A stretch of DNA of 63,966 nucleotides, counting the filler, from Octopus bimaculoides (Eukaryota): the NCBI RefSeq assembly GCF_001194135.2. It is 5 parts of 5 records of this genome, joined end to end, with 100 filler letters (N's around TTAATTAATTAA, not from the genome) between each part and the next. Parts side by side here need not be neighbours in the genome. Positions count along the whole stretch, not along the records: positions 32,809 to 49,046 come from NC_068984.1; positions 49,147 to 62,790 come from NC_068985.1; 3 more parts are not named here. One strand, 5' to 3'. The position numbers and the translations under genes were made by a program. Positions 38,587 to 50,699 of the stretch are shown one piece after another. The notes below the pieces were generated by a model. It did not search any database. It was not told the DNA's origin and was given only the letters and a program-made list of their open reading frames with translations. How positions within the stretch are numbered: the first letter of the stretch is position 1; every line of letters begins with the position of its first letter.

Positions 38587-39393
38587 TATTATGTAATTGC
38601 TATCACTGCATTGATATATGAAAATAACACATACAACTCACTTATTATTGTAATATAATAAACAAACAGAAGTTCATGTATGAAATTGATCTTTTCTCTA
38701 CTTCAATTATTACAAGCGTATTTTTTTTTTATAAAATACACACATACAGGAGGAATAAATCGATATATATATAATAACACTTTGAATGTAGCTCCCGAGA
38801 AAGAGTAAAAGTAGTTACTCGATCAGCGACGGGTATTACTGTTAGTCACAGATAAAAAAAAGATTATATTGTAAATATACACTGAGATATGTGCCATTCC
38901 TATAAGTGTGGACGGTCACATGTAACGCTAGGCCAAAGTCTGAAGATTCTTAGGAAAACTAGAGCAGCAGTTCTTCTGCTGCTTTCTGTATTTTGCTAGA
39001 CTCCTTTCGTCAGCTTATCCCACGAGGCACAGAACGTATTTAACTCGAGTCTGACTCACATGACATTAGGGCATGTCCACATATTATTGTGTCTTGGCAA
39101 CACATATCTAAGGACCAGTCCATCTCCGAATTCTGTATGCTTTAGCTGCAGGACATTTTTCTGCTATTTAATCCATAACTGAGGACCTTGGCAAATACTT
39201 CTTCGTCGAGCATGTGACTAACTTCAGATCCCACCCCCACCACCACAAAGAAAAATCAAACCCCTAAATTCTCGAGCTGAAATCATTACACACCACGATA
39301 AAATTTAATGCTTTTTCCATAGCAACTCTAAAAGATTATACCTCTCAATTAAAACTTAATTTAAATGCAACTAAATTACAGCATATTTTATTG

Positions 39394-39680
39394 TTTAGCA
39401 CACTCACCGGTTCGATTTCCATTCATTTACTTATTTATTTTTTCTAAAATTTTCTTTGTGTCTAGTAACGTTTTCAAGACGCAACGAAAATTTTAGAAAA
39501 ATTAAATGACTAAAGAACTTAGAAAAAATAAATAACTAAATGAACAGAAATCGAACTGGTGAGTGTGTTAAATAAGGCACTAAAAGAGAATAACTCACCC
39601 GGCACAACAAAGTATGCTTCAATACATGAATTCACATAAAGAATCTTGCAAACCAAATCCAAAATCGAAATAAATTACGG
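39394..39680. mobile_element. Repeat family H with terminal inverted duplication (PLE-like arrangement)
   Basis: 39394-39463 is an inverted copy of 39477-39572; 39477-39670 is the reverse complement of 62434-62625. Confidence 0.7.
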
Positions 39681-39904
39681 CAATAAACATTGAAATAGAA
39701 GCTCCCCGTTTCATTAGTATTGAAAGAGAACTCACTCCACATTTCTATGAGTAATTGAATCTGATAAACAAATCAAACCAACAGACGAAGACATTGAAAG
39801 ATACAAGAAAACGCATCAGACAGGAAGTCTATTAAGAATACACAAACCGCAATGATGTGTAAAATATGAACCAAATACATAGTAATAGAGTTAAGAAAGG
39901 ACGA

Positions 39905-40032
39905 GAAACGTAGGTAACCCCAGTAGGTTTTCAACTCAGAAAGCAGAAGATTATTTTGTTCAACGCTCTAGTAACTTTACTGGTCGGGAGGTTATCCTGA
40001 AGATGAGACTGTGAGGGTCTAGAAACGTTGGT
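39905..40032 (+). ncRNA. Hammerhead-ribozyme-like motif, degenerate in stem II
   Basis: AAC-GTA|GGTAACC (39907-39919) ... GGTTATC CTGAAGA T-G-AGAC loop GTCT-A GAAACGTT (39990-40029): 7-bp stem I, 5-bp stem III, non-canonical stem II closing pair. Confidence 0.45.
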
Positions 40033-40694
40033 GTTAGATTTACAAACTTTATTACTCCAAACAAAATTCAAGGAACTATGAAAATATGAAAAGAATACTT
40101 GATAAAATGTAACTAGGATAAAGATGTGTGAGCATGCGTATATGTGCGCGAGTGTGGGTTTGTGTTTGTGAGTATATGTCTGCGCGTGCGTGGTGTACTT
40201 GTGGGCGTATCAATATAATACGAATCTCAATGTTTATGACTCTTTAAATGTTTCTGTTCTTCGCATAAACAACCACATCTGGTTACATTTGCACACACTA
40301 CGATCTGCAGATTCCTATCACAAAACCTCAAATGACCACTCTCTCTCTCGCTCTCACCCTCTCTGTCTATCTGTCTCTTCCTCTCACTCACTCACTCACT
40401 CACTCACTCACTCTTACAATTGATTCGTAAGTGTGACCGACAGGAAACCAAATATGACTAGCAGCTGGTCATTACTTGACGTCAAGCTTTTAATACCAAA
40501 GTTGAAAGGTCAAGTTAGTTATCGTTAACCGATAGCTTAATTGATTAACAAAAAATGCAAAAAATTGTTTTTAATAAGATTACTAAGTGACCCTGATGAC
40601 TATTTTCTTGTTATCTTACTTTTAAAGTGTTATTTCCCTCTTTCAGATAATTTATATAATTTATATCACGAAATTCCACAAGAAAAAAGGTAAA

Positions 40695-40698
40695 TAAC

Positions 40699-40757
<59 letters not shown>

Positions 40758-40930
40758 TAATAATAATAATGTTAATAAAAATACTAATAATAATAATAAT
40801 AATAATAATAATGATAATAATAATAATAATAAAAAAAATAATAATATTAATAAAAATAATAATAATAAGAATAATAATAATAATAATAATAATAAATATA
40901 GTAATAATAATAATGTTAATGATAATAATT
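40695..40930. repeat. Imperfect (AAT)n microsatellite
   Basis: Directly visible. Confidence 0.95.
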
Positions 40931-41994
40931 TCATTTATTTGCCACAAGGGTGAAGGATGAAGGGGACAACACAAAGACACATAAAATGTGGGGTTTACTT
41001 ATAATGAAATGATAAAAAAAAAAAAACCTAAGCATAGCGTACAAAGGTTAAAAGAAGAAAAAGAAAAGATACATATANNNNNNNNNNNNNNNNNNNNNNN
41101 NNNNNNNNNNNNNNNNNNNNNNNNNNNNNNNNNNNNNNNNNNNNNNNNNNNNNNNNNNNNNNNNNNNNNNNNNNNNNNNNNNNNNNNNNNNNNNNNNNNN
41201 NNNNNNNNNNNNNNNNNNNNNNNNNNNNNNNNNNNNNNNNNNNNNNNNNNNNNNNNNNNNNNNNNNNNNNNNNNNNNNNNNNNNNNNNNNNNNNNNNNNN
41301 NNNNNNNNNNNNNNNNNNNNNNNNNNNNNNNNNNNNNNNNNNNNNNNNNNNNNNNNNNNNNNNNNNNNNNNNNNNNNNNNNNNNNNNNNNNNNNNNNNNN
41401 NNNNNNNNNNNNNNNNNNNNNNNNNNNNNNNNNNNNNNNNNNNNNNNNNNNNNNNNNNNNNNNNNNNNNNNNNNNNNNNNNNNNNNNNNNNNNNNNNNNN
41501 NNNNNNNNNNNNNNNNNNNNNNNNNNNNNNNNNNNNNNNNNNNNNNNNNNNNNNNNNNNNNNNNNNNNNNNNNNNNNNNNNNNNNNNNNNNNNNNNNNNN
41601 NNNNNNNNNNNNNNNNNNNNNNNNNNNNNNNNNNNNNNNNNNNNNNNNNNNNNNNNNNNNNNNNNNNNNNNNNNNNATAAGCAATGATTAGTAATATTAT
41701 GAAACCGGTATGCCTTTGAATCTCTTTAACAACTCACAATAATGACTTTTATTACTTTTATTCCTACCTCAGTTCATCTAATTGTATACATCTATCATTA
41801 TTTTTCATAAAAAGCCTTTACTTTTTTGATTTCCAATGTGCATTTTCGCTTATTTTTCTTACTTTCCCCTTACATTTCCACGTGTTGTCTCTATTTTGTT
41901 TACTCCATGGAGTAAAGCTATAGTTTTCTCAGCCTATCCCTGTAGCTCATCCGCAGCACTTTCAATCTTTGTAGTGTAGTGTATACACTTTACT

Positions 41995-43655
41995 GCTTCA
42001 AGCTCCGCTGTTAGCTTGGCTGAGAACAAAAGTTCTCCACAGAATCAACATAGTTTCTTGTTCTCTTGTCTTGAAGGACCTCAGTATCCATCCTGCTAGT
42101 TGTCTGCACTTTGTTGCCATCTTGCTAATGCGCATATAAAATGATGCGTCATTACACATACTGATCCCAAAGTCTGTCACTGACATCAGAATGGTCAAGC
42201 AGCTGTTTCAAAACTCAATAGGAGCTGTGTGAGGCAGCTTCTTCCTGGACGGAAGCTATGCTGTCTATTGTTCAGTAGGTCATTTTCTTCTAGGGACATT
42301 ATCAACTTCATTCTGATGATTCGCTCCATGACTTTACTGATGTGCGAAGTCAGAGAGATTGGCCTATAGCTTTTGGCATCTGCTCTGCTTCCACCTTTGT
42401 GGATAGGGCATATACTGTCTTCTTTCAGATTTTTAGGAAGTATACCACTTGCAAGGACACTTTGGAAAAGTATCTGAAGTGGTTTCGCTAGACTCTGCTT
42501 ACATGATTTCAGGAGAACAGCTGGGAAGCCATCACGACCAATGACGTAGGATGAGCTTATTTCATCTATGGCCGCTGTTTCATCTGTTTCCTCAATATCG
42601 ATGTAGTCGATGGCTGGCGCCTCTCTTCTAAGAGCTGCAATATCAAAAATTCAGCCGGATTTTTATCTGCATGTGTCCAAGGGAGGAAGTGAAGACACTT
42701 TTAAATTGTTCACTGAGTATCTCACTTATCCTTCCTTGGTCCGCCCTCAGTGAGTCATTCCCTTGGAACAATGGCCCTGTGTTATATTGTATTGTGGCTG
42801 TTTACTTTGCGAATTTATAGAAAGATTTGGGATTTATTTGTATGCTTTCGACAGCCCTTTTCTCTCTCTGCTCTTTCCCTTTTGTGAGAGGGTTTGATTT
42901 TCCTTTCAATTTCTCTAGCAGCGTCCGTGTTAGGATAGACTTCCCTCTATCCGTCAGCTGTCTATTCAGCTGCTTTGAGATCTTTGACCTATGTCTCATG
43001 AGGATTTTTCCGTCCCTGGAAATCTTATTTGACAGTGTGTGGCCTTTCTTTCTGGGATATATTTAGTGCATATAGCTTGCATTGACTGAGTTTCAGACCA
43101 ATGTCTGCATACACAGAAAGTTGGACCAGTTTCGTTTATGGATCTCTTTGCGGATTGATTCCCATTTTGCCTTATCGAAATTCAGGTTGGATAAGGCTTC
43201 AGTCCTCCTGATAGGGTAGAAACTAACAGTTCGCGCAGGACCATACATAGTTAGTTCAACAATGTTGCGACCTGAGAGTGCCGTTGGTGTCACCTTCACA
43301 TTATGGATAAGGTCCACATTATTTGTGAAGCGTAGGTCCAATATGTTGTTTTCCCTGGTTGGCCTGAGTGTCAATTGCTCAATGAACAGCTTATTAGTAA
43401 GTTCAAATAATGACATAACATGCTTTTGTTCATGCAGCAACATCCCAGAGAGGATGGGGCCTTCTGGCCATTTGACATGTGGGAGGTTGAAATCATCCAG
43501 AAAGAGTATGTTGATGTTCTGATCTAGGTTTGTTAATACGTCTTCGATGTGTTTGAGGCTATCCTCAAATTTTCCATCATATTTTGTGATATTCAGCGGA
43601 CGATATACTGTGCATACAGCTACATCAGCTTGCTTTATATGTAGAAAAAGTCACT
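41995..43655 (-). mobile_element. CR1/L2-type LINE remnant (endonuclease, tether, RT with internal deletion)
   Basis: IEQLTLRPTRENNILDLRFTNN; EKRAVESIQINPKSFYKFAK; HKGGSRADAKSYRPISLTSHISKVMERII; DFGISMCNDASF...KCRQLAGWILRSFKTRE. Confidence 0.9.
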
Positions 43656-43702
43656 GACGGACAGGCATATATATGTGCGCGCGCGTGTGTGTGTGTGTGT
43701 AT

Positions 43703-43828
43703 ACAACGGGCTTCTTTCAGTTTCCCTCTACCAAATCCATTGACAAGGATTCGGTCGACCCGAGTCTATAGTAGAAGACACTTGCCCAACGTGCTACGCA
43801 GTGGGACTGAATCCGGAACCATGTGGTC
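43703..43828 (-). mobile_element. SINE family C lacking the start of its head
   Basis: CGGGCTTCTTTCAGTTTCC...CTATAGTAGAAGACACTTGCCCAA...GCAGTGGGACTGAATCCGGAACCATGTGG. Confidence 0.88.
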
Positions 43829-43831
43829 CCA

Positions 43832-44120
43832 TCTGGTGCGATCACCGGAACAGCCTGCACGTGAAATTAACGTGCAAGTGGCTGAGCACTCCACAGACAC
43901 GTGTACCCTTAACGTAGTTCTCGGGGAGATTCAGCGTGACACAGAGTGTGACAAGGCTGGCCATTTTGAAATACAGGTACTACTCATTTTTGCCAGCTGA
44001 GTGGACTGGGGTAATAGGAAATAGTGTTTTGCTCAAGGACACAACGCGTCACCGGGAAATGAACCCACGACCTTACGATCGTGAGTGGAATGCCCTAACC
44101 ACTAAGGCACGCGCCTTCAC
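43832..44120 (-). mobile_element. SINE family D head plus CORE-like domain joined to the family A 3' module
   Basis: 43845-43975 matches 46085-46205 (A tail), whereas 43976-44120 matches the D copies at 63480-63619 and 18575. Confidence 0.88.
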
Positions 44121-44127
44121 ACGCACG

Positions 44128-44158
<31 letters not shown>

Positions 44159-44635
44159 NNNNNNNNNNNNNNNNNNNNNNNNNNNNNNNNNNNNNNNNNN
44201 NNNNNNNNNNNNNNNNNNNNNNNNNNNNNNNNNNNNNNNNNNNNNNNNNNNNNNNNNNGCTTCAAACAATCCTTAGTAATTTTTTTTTTAAATAACAACT
44301 TTCTGGAACAATTGTGGTTTATTGAGACGAAAGGTTGTGGATTTTTTCGTATCGAAGTATGATAAGCTGAAACAAGTTCTTTTTATAAGAGATCAGGGTT
44401 GCCGGTGTGCGAATAAGAATAGAATGGTTACGGAATAGAGTAGCTAAGAACCGGGCTACATATGTTTCATAGCGAGCGGAACCTCAGAAGTGGTAAAAAT
44501 CCAAGCGAGGTGTATACACTGCAGGCTACTCTTCAGGCCAAGGATACCTTGATTAAATCAAAGGTTACATTGTTGCAAGGAGGTACATGTTTATATGTAT
44601 ATATGTGTGTGTGTTGTATGTGTGTGTATGTATAT

Positions 44636-44667
<32 letters not shown>

Positions 44668-44669
44668 TG

Positions 44670-45250
44670 TAGCAGAAATACCCGGCGTTGCCCGAGTTAA
44701 AGAAAGCAATGAAATTTAAGAACACCGTCCTGATTACGCAGTTCTCAACTCCTAGTAGCTGAAATACAAAATGTCTACATTAATAACTCTCCAACACGGA
44801 GAATTAACAATTTATCTGTAAATATAATATGTGACAATTATTCGGTAGCCATGATAAAACTTCGAGTTTCGGATGTCGGGGCGGAAACCCACGCCGGCAT
44901 CTCTTCAGTCATCGAGCCCCACCCCATCTTACTTAGCGGTCATTCTAATAGCTCTTTTGTCTTAATAACGGTCCAATCACAGTAATTTTCCTTTGTTTAA
45001 CGGTCATTTTCATAGTATTTTTCAATGGCCCGATAATTGAAGAGATGTCGGCGTGGGTTTCCGCCCCGACATCCGAAACTCGGCGTTTTATCATGGCTAC
45101 CGAATAACTGCCACATATTATTTATATATATATATATATATATACATAAATTCGGCGTGTTTTGCGTTCCGTTGAAAAAAAATGGATGGTAAATAAACAA
45201 ACGACATAGCGTACACTGAAAGTAAAAACGAACGGAAGACAAACAGACAG
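44670..45250 (+). mobile_element. Probable non-autonomous Helitron/HINE-like element hosting a MITE-like inverted repeat
   Basis: 5' TAGCAGAAATACCCGGCGTTGCCCG resembles DINE-1/Helitron-type starts (recalled); 3' ACAAACAGACAG. Confidence 0.5.
44824..45121. mobile_element. MITE, 298 bp with 84-bp TIRs
   Basis: 44824-44907 vs reverse complement of 45038-45121 differ at only ~5 positions; second family member at 6310. Confidence 0.88.
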
Positions 45251-45477
45251 TTCATAATTCCTCATCAGATGTCGACCAATAGGTAATATTCAGTTTCATA
45301 CCAGACAGACAACAAGTCCGTAATTCTTCATCAGACCAGCATGAAAACCTGCATTGAAAATCAAAGAGCTGCAGAGGAACAGTGGGTAATCAAAAAAATC
45401 AACCAGAACCATAAAGTGTTCTATTCATTCAAATCAGGAATCGGACAATATGGCCCACTCAAGGAGAGTGTTATTAT

Positions 45478-45945
45478 TTACGGTGATATATCCAGGTATA
45501 GGAGGTTTATCCGGGTTTTTTTAAGGAATTTGTCCAAAGGCTTCTTGAACTTTATGGGGTCTGTTTCTGCTTTAATGTGTTTTGATGTAATGCTAAAGAG
45601 AGCGGGGCCAACTGAGATGAAATAATTGTGCTGTATTGTTGTTATGGGATGCGAGTATGATATATGTCGTGGGCGGATAACACGGGGTCTAACTCTTGGG
45701 TATATCTTATAGGCGATGCCAACAACATTTGGGCAATGCTGATGGCATATTTTCCACATCATGCAGATGACATAGCGCTCACGGCGGCACTGGAGAGAAT
45801 AAAGCTTGAGCTTTTCTAGTCGACTCCAATAGTCAAGGCCTGTCATGACATCTATCTTTTTTGTAATTGACCTTTCAGGTGCTTCAATTTTCGTGATACT
45901 TTGTTTCGTGTAGGGAGACCACAGTGGACAACAGTATTCATACAT
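45478..45945 (-). mobile_element. CR1/L2-type LINE 3' end
   Basis: YEYCCPLWSPYTKQSITKIEAPERSITKKI..LDYWSRLEKLKLYSLQCRRERY...FKKPLDKFL. Confidence 0.9.
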
Positions 45946-46022
45946 GTGTGCGTGTGCCTGCGTGCTTGTGTTTGCTCCCTACCATCTCTTGACAACTGAC
46001 CGCTTAACATACATGCTCATAT

Positions 46023-46412
46023 TGTTGTTGTTGGCACTCCGTCGCTTACGACGACGAGGGTTCCAGTTGATCCGATCAACGGTACAGCCTACTCGTGAAA
46101 TTAACGTGCAAGTGGCTGAGAACTCCACAGACACGTGTACCCTTAACGTAGTTCTCGGGGATATTCAGCGTGACACAGTGTGACAAGGCTGGCCCTTTGA
46201 AATACAGATACAACAGAAACAGGAAGTAAGAGTGAGAGAAAGTTGTGGTGAAAGAGTACAGCAGGGTTCGCTACCATTCCCTGCCGGAGCCTCGTGGAGC
46301 TTTAGGTGTTTTCGCTCAATAAACACTCATAACGCCCGGTCTGGGAATCGAAACCGCGATCCTATGACCGCGAGTCCGCTGCCCTAACCACTGGGCCATT
46401 GCGCCTCCACCC
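46023..46412 (-). mobile_element. Full-length SINE family A with target-site duplication
   Basis: tRNA-like head at 46340-46410, (CAA)n tail at 46022-46032, 11-bp TSD CATGCTCATAT at 46012-46022 and 46413-46423. Confidence 0.95.
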
Positions 46413-46833
46413 CATGCTCATATACATACATTCATACATACATACATACATGCATACATACTTACATACGTACATACATACATACATACATGCACACACG
46501 CGTATATGCTCACGCGCATATACATATTCACACGCACATAAAGATATACGCGTGCACACACACACACACGCATACGTGTACAATCATTCGAACACATACC
46601 GATTTACCCATTCGTACACATACACACGCATACACACTCCCACGTGCATAAACGCATAAATACATACACACACATACGTACTTGAAATTGAAAGAACCGA
46701 CCTTGTCACACACTGTGACACATCGGTTGTACTTGAAAAATATACGTTATGAATACATGTGTGCACGGGATACTCAGGCACTTGAAATGCTAATTCAATG
46801 AGTTGGTTTGTCAATTGAACAAGCAACTCAGAA

Positions 46834-46878
<45 letters not shown>

Positions 46879-47104
46879 TAGATAGATATATAGATATATA
46901 TATATGTATATATATTATTCAAAGGAATTCCAACTCTGTCTGTTTATTATGTTTTATTTATATTCTTATAATATTAGTGTAGGATATAGAATATACCGTG
47001 TATATAGTAGGTATAGCAAAATGAAATGAAGTATTGATTGTCTTATTGAATAAATGAAATATTGAATATTGAATATTAAATATTAAAGGACTAGTATACT
47101 TTCT

Positions 47105-47188
47105 TGCATTTTAGCAGTCTACAAGGTCCCATGTTGTGACAGGAATATTCCTGACACAACATGGGACCTTGAAGGCTGCTAAAATGCA
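47105..47188. repeat. 84-bp near-perfect palindrome
   Basis: TGCATTTTAGCAGTCTACAAGGTCCCATGTTGTGACAGGAAT | ATTCCTGACACAACATGGGACCTTGAAGGCTGCTAAAATGCA: 42-bp arms, 3 mismatches, no spacer. Confidence 0.92.
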
Positions 47189-47246
47189 GTCAACCGGTAT
47201 ATATATGCAGTTGTCAAGCGGTAGTGGGGGGGGGGACAAACACACA

Positions 47247-47970
47247 CAGCTCAAGGACGCACTGACCATTTACAGAGAAGAATCAGCAAGGCTTGGCCTT
47301 CATTTGAGTTGGCCGAAGACGAAGCTGATGCATGTCAGAGATAGCCCGGTCTCTCCCCCCCTCTCTCTCTCTATCCATATTGCTCCCGATTTCCTGGAGT
47401 TTGTCAGCCCCTTCTGGTAGATTTGACCCTGGAGTTCAACTACAAGTGTGGTCTGGCTGCTGGGGTCATGTATTCTCTATGGATGCTCTTCTGACGCCAC
47501 TGCTCTATCTCTGAAAGACGAAGTTCCGCATCTACGATTCATCGGTCTTATTCATTCTTCTCTATGGAGCAGAAACGCGGCCCCTCTCGAAGACGCTGGC
47601 AGAAAGGATCGACGATTTCGATAGCAGACCCTGAGAATCATCGAGAACATAAAACGGTACCATCATGTTACTAACAAAGAACTGTGTGCGTGCACGCATC
47701 AGTCCACGGCCTCCCATCGCATAGTTATCCGTCGCATGTACCCTGGTACGGACAAATCCTCCGTCTCCAGCTAGATCATCTCACCAGGGCTTTAATCTTA
47801 TTTGATGCAGCAGCTTCGGGCTGGAAGAGGCCACGTAGTAGGCCTCACACCAGATGACCGGACGTGATTGGGAAATATCTCCAGAGGCTCGGTGTTACCT
47901 GGGAGGATGCTGAGAGACTGGAATGGGACCGCCAATGATGGAGAGTTCTGGTGAACCTGGTCGGCTCCAA
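47247..47970 (+). mobile_element. RTE-clade LINE 3' remnant
   Basis: QLKDALTIYREESARLGLHLSWPKTKLM; KTKFRIYDSSVLFILLYGAETRPLSKTLAERIDDFDS; GWKRPRSRPHTR*PDVI...LGVTWEDAERL. Confidence 0.85.
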
Positions 47971-48414
47971 GAATGATGATGCTTCTGGAACTACTAAGCT
48001 GGAACGAACCCACTCCCATCAAACAAGAGCATGAAGCAGCAAGCAGAAGCAATATAAGTTACAAATTACAGCTGAGAAGAGCTTTATTTTGTAAATCTTT
48101 CTATGTAGTGGTACCTTCAAAACGATAGAATTTTCTAGAACTGTTTTACTTTGACTATTTTTATAACGTTTTTATAAGTCAATACCGCGTTCTGTGTTTA
48201 ATATACTTTATAGAATATTATGGTTGCATAACGAAATACCATGTATCTACAAGTCATTAGTCTTTACGTACCAGCTTCTAGGAATGCATTTAATATGTAA
48301 ATGTTTACATACAATAAATATACACCACTAGATATAGTGGATATTTAAGCAATGTGTTTGAGGATGATTAATTAATGGATTAGATGCACACCCATTTCCT
48401 ATTTTTTATCTTCG

Positions 48415-48706
48415 ATCACTTTGTTTGTTTACATCTGAACTTTCGTATACGAAATGTCGTAACAAAAATCAGTCTCTCAACAATTAAGTAAAATATAAAC
48501 CGGAAAAATAATCCAGAATCCTTGTCCGGTACTGGATCGATCCCCAAATTTAATCCGTTTGTGCCTGTCACAAGGTCAAACATCCTTGAAAGTTTCATCC
48601 AAATCCATCCAATGGCTGTTTGGATATCTTGTCCACGGACAAACAAGCAAACAAACAAACGCGAGTGAAAACAGTATATTCGCCATCGCTAAGGTGGAGG
48701 TAATAA
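48415..48706 (+). mobile_element. HINE/DINE-1-like non-autonomous element
   Basis: GAAAGTTTCATCCAAATCCATCC...ACAAACAAGCAAACAAACAAAC...terminal hairpin ...GCCATCGCTAAGGTGGAGGTAATAA. Confidence 0.65.
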
Positions 48707-48879
48707 ATCATACACTATATGACTTAGTCGCTTGTAACACGTTTTCGTTGCACAGCTGTTTTAGGGGCCTGTATAATCACGAGCAGACATAAATAAGTTT
48801 CCGACCCTCTCAAGCTTAACCTAGCGAAACGTTAAGCACGATACAATTGGTGCGAGTGAGAGACGTACTACAACTCCGT

Positions 48880-48995
48880 TGGTGCTCATTTTCAGCTCAG
48901 AAAGATGAAGCAACATGAAATTATGTTCCTTGCTCAAAGAGACAACGCATTGCCCGCTCCAGGACTCGAAACTACGACCTTATGAGCAACGAGCC

Positions 48996-49000
<5 letters not shown>
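48880..49000 (-). mobile_element. SINE family D, diverged
   Basis: CTCATTTTCAGCT...GCAACATGAAATTATGTTCCTTGCTCAAAGAGACAACGC...CAGGACTCGAAACTACGACCTT. Confidence 0.65.
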
Positions 49001-49046
<46 letters not shown>

Positions 49047-49146
49047 NNNNNNNNNNNNNNNNNNNNNNNNNNNNNNNNNNNNNNNNNNNNTTAATTAATT
49101 AANNNNNNNNNNNNNNNNNNNNNNNNNNNNNNNNNNNNNNNNNNNN

Positions 49147-49183
<37 letters not shown>

Positions 49184-49227
49184 GATTTCGTAATGAGATA
49201 AAAAAAAACATGTATATGTATATATGA

Positions 49228-49393
49228 CACGCTTCTTTCAGTTTCTGTCTACCAAATCCACTCACAAGGCTTTGGTCGGCCTGAGAATATAAGAATAGTA
49301 GAAGACACTTGCCCTAAGTGCCACGCAGTGGAACTGAACCCGGAACCATTCGTATGGGATTACAAGCTTCTCGCCACACAGCCACGCCTGCGC
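49228..49393 (-). mobile_element. SINE family C, near-complete left module
   Basis: GCTTCTTTCAGTTTC...TCCACTCACAAGGCTTTGGTCGG...GACACTTGCCC...GAACCCGGAACC...CCACACAGCCACGCCTGCGC. Confidence 0.9.
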
Positions 49394-49691
49394 GTATTTA
49401 CATATTTCACTTCATACATATTCATTTCACCAACTCTACACTATTGACGTAGATATTGTGAAATAAACACGGATTATATTTAGTTTACTATTATATTCTG
49501 TGGCTTCTATTCTACTTTTCTCTATCACACCAATATCTACCCGCTTAGCATATATAACAACCTACTAATAAGAAAAAAGATGCCCCCACCACTATACCAA
49601 ATAAAACAAAAAAAATAAAGTAAATAAAGGCATGTACAGCTCCTTCGTCAACAATCTCCTGCCTATTTCTTAAAGGTTAATAGTCGTGAGC

Positions 49692-49735
<44 letters not shown>

Positions 49736-49868
49736 TAATAATAATGATAAACGAGACACAAACAGCACATTTCTATTCCCAATATAAGAACAACGAAAAA
49801 GAAAATATAATTCCATTGACTGATTTAATCTCGTGCAATATATATTAAACGCTAGAGCAATGAATACG

Positions 49869-49904
<36 letters not shown>

Positions 49905-50699
49905 NNNNNNNNNNNNNNNNNNNNNNNNNNNNNNNNNNNNNNNNNNNNNNNNNNNNNNNNNNNNNNNNNNNNNNNNNNNNNNNNNNNNNNNNNNNNNNNN
50001 NNNNNNNNNNNNNNNNNNNNNNNNNNNNNNNNNNNNNNNNNNNNNNNNNNNNNNNNNNNNNNNNNNNNNNNNNNNNNNNNNNNNNNNNNNNNNNNNNNNN
50101 NNNNNNNNNNNNNNNNNNNNNNNNNNNNNNNNNNNNNNNNNNNNNNNNNNNNNNNNNNNNNNNNNNNNNNNNNNNNNNNNNNNNNNNNNNNNNNNNNNNN
50201 NNNNNNNNNNNNNNNNNNNNNNNNNNNNNNNNNNNNNNNNNNNNNNNNNNNNNNNNNNNNNNNNNNNNNNNNNNNNNNNNNNNNNNNNNNNNNNNNNNNN
50301 NNNNNNNNNNNNNNNNNNNNNNNNNNNNNNNNNNNNNNNNNNNNNNNNNNNNNNNNNNNNNNNNNNNNNNNNNNNNNNNNNNNNNNNNNNNNNNNNNNNN
50401 NNNNNNNNNNNNNNNNNNNNNNNNNNNNNNNNNNNNNNNNNNNNNNNNNNNNNNNNNNNNNNNNNNNNNNNNNNNNNNNNNNNNNNNNNNNNNNNNNNNN
50501 NNNNNNNNNNNNNNNNNNNNNNNNNNNNNNNNNNNNNNNNNNNNGCTCATCACTGGAAAAGGTCGGAATTCTGACGCCGGCAGCTGTCTGCAGCAGGAAT
50601 ACTAAAGTGCGTGAGGCGCGTTGCCTAATTAACAGAAACATCTGTAGTTATCTTCAGATCTTTATTATTTTGTCTGGGGATTGAAGGCAAAGACCAGAG

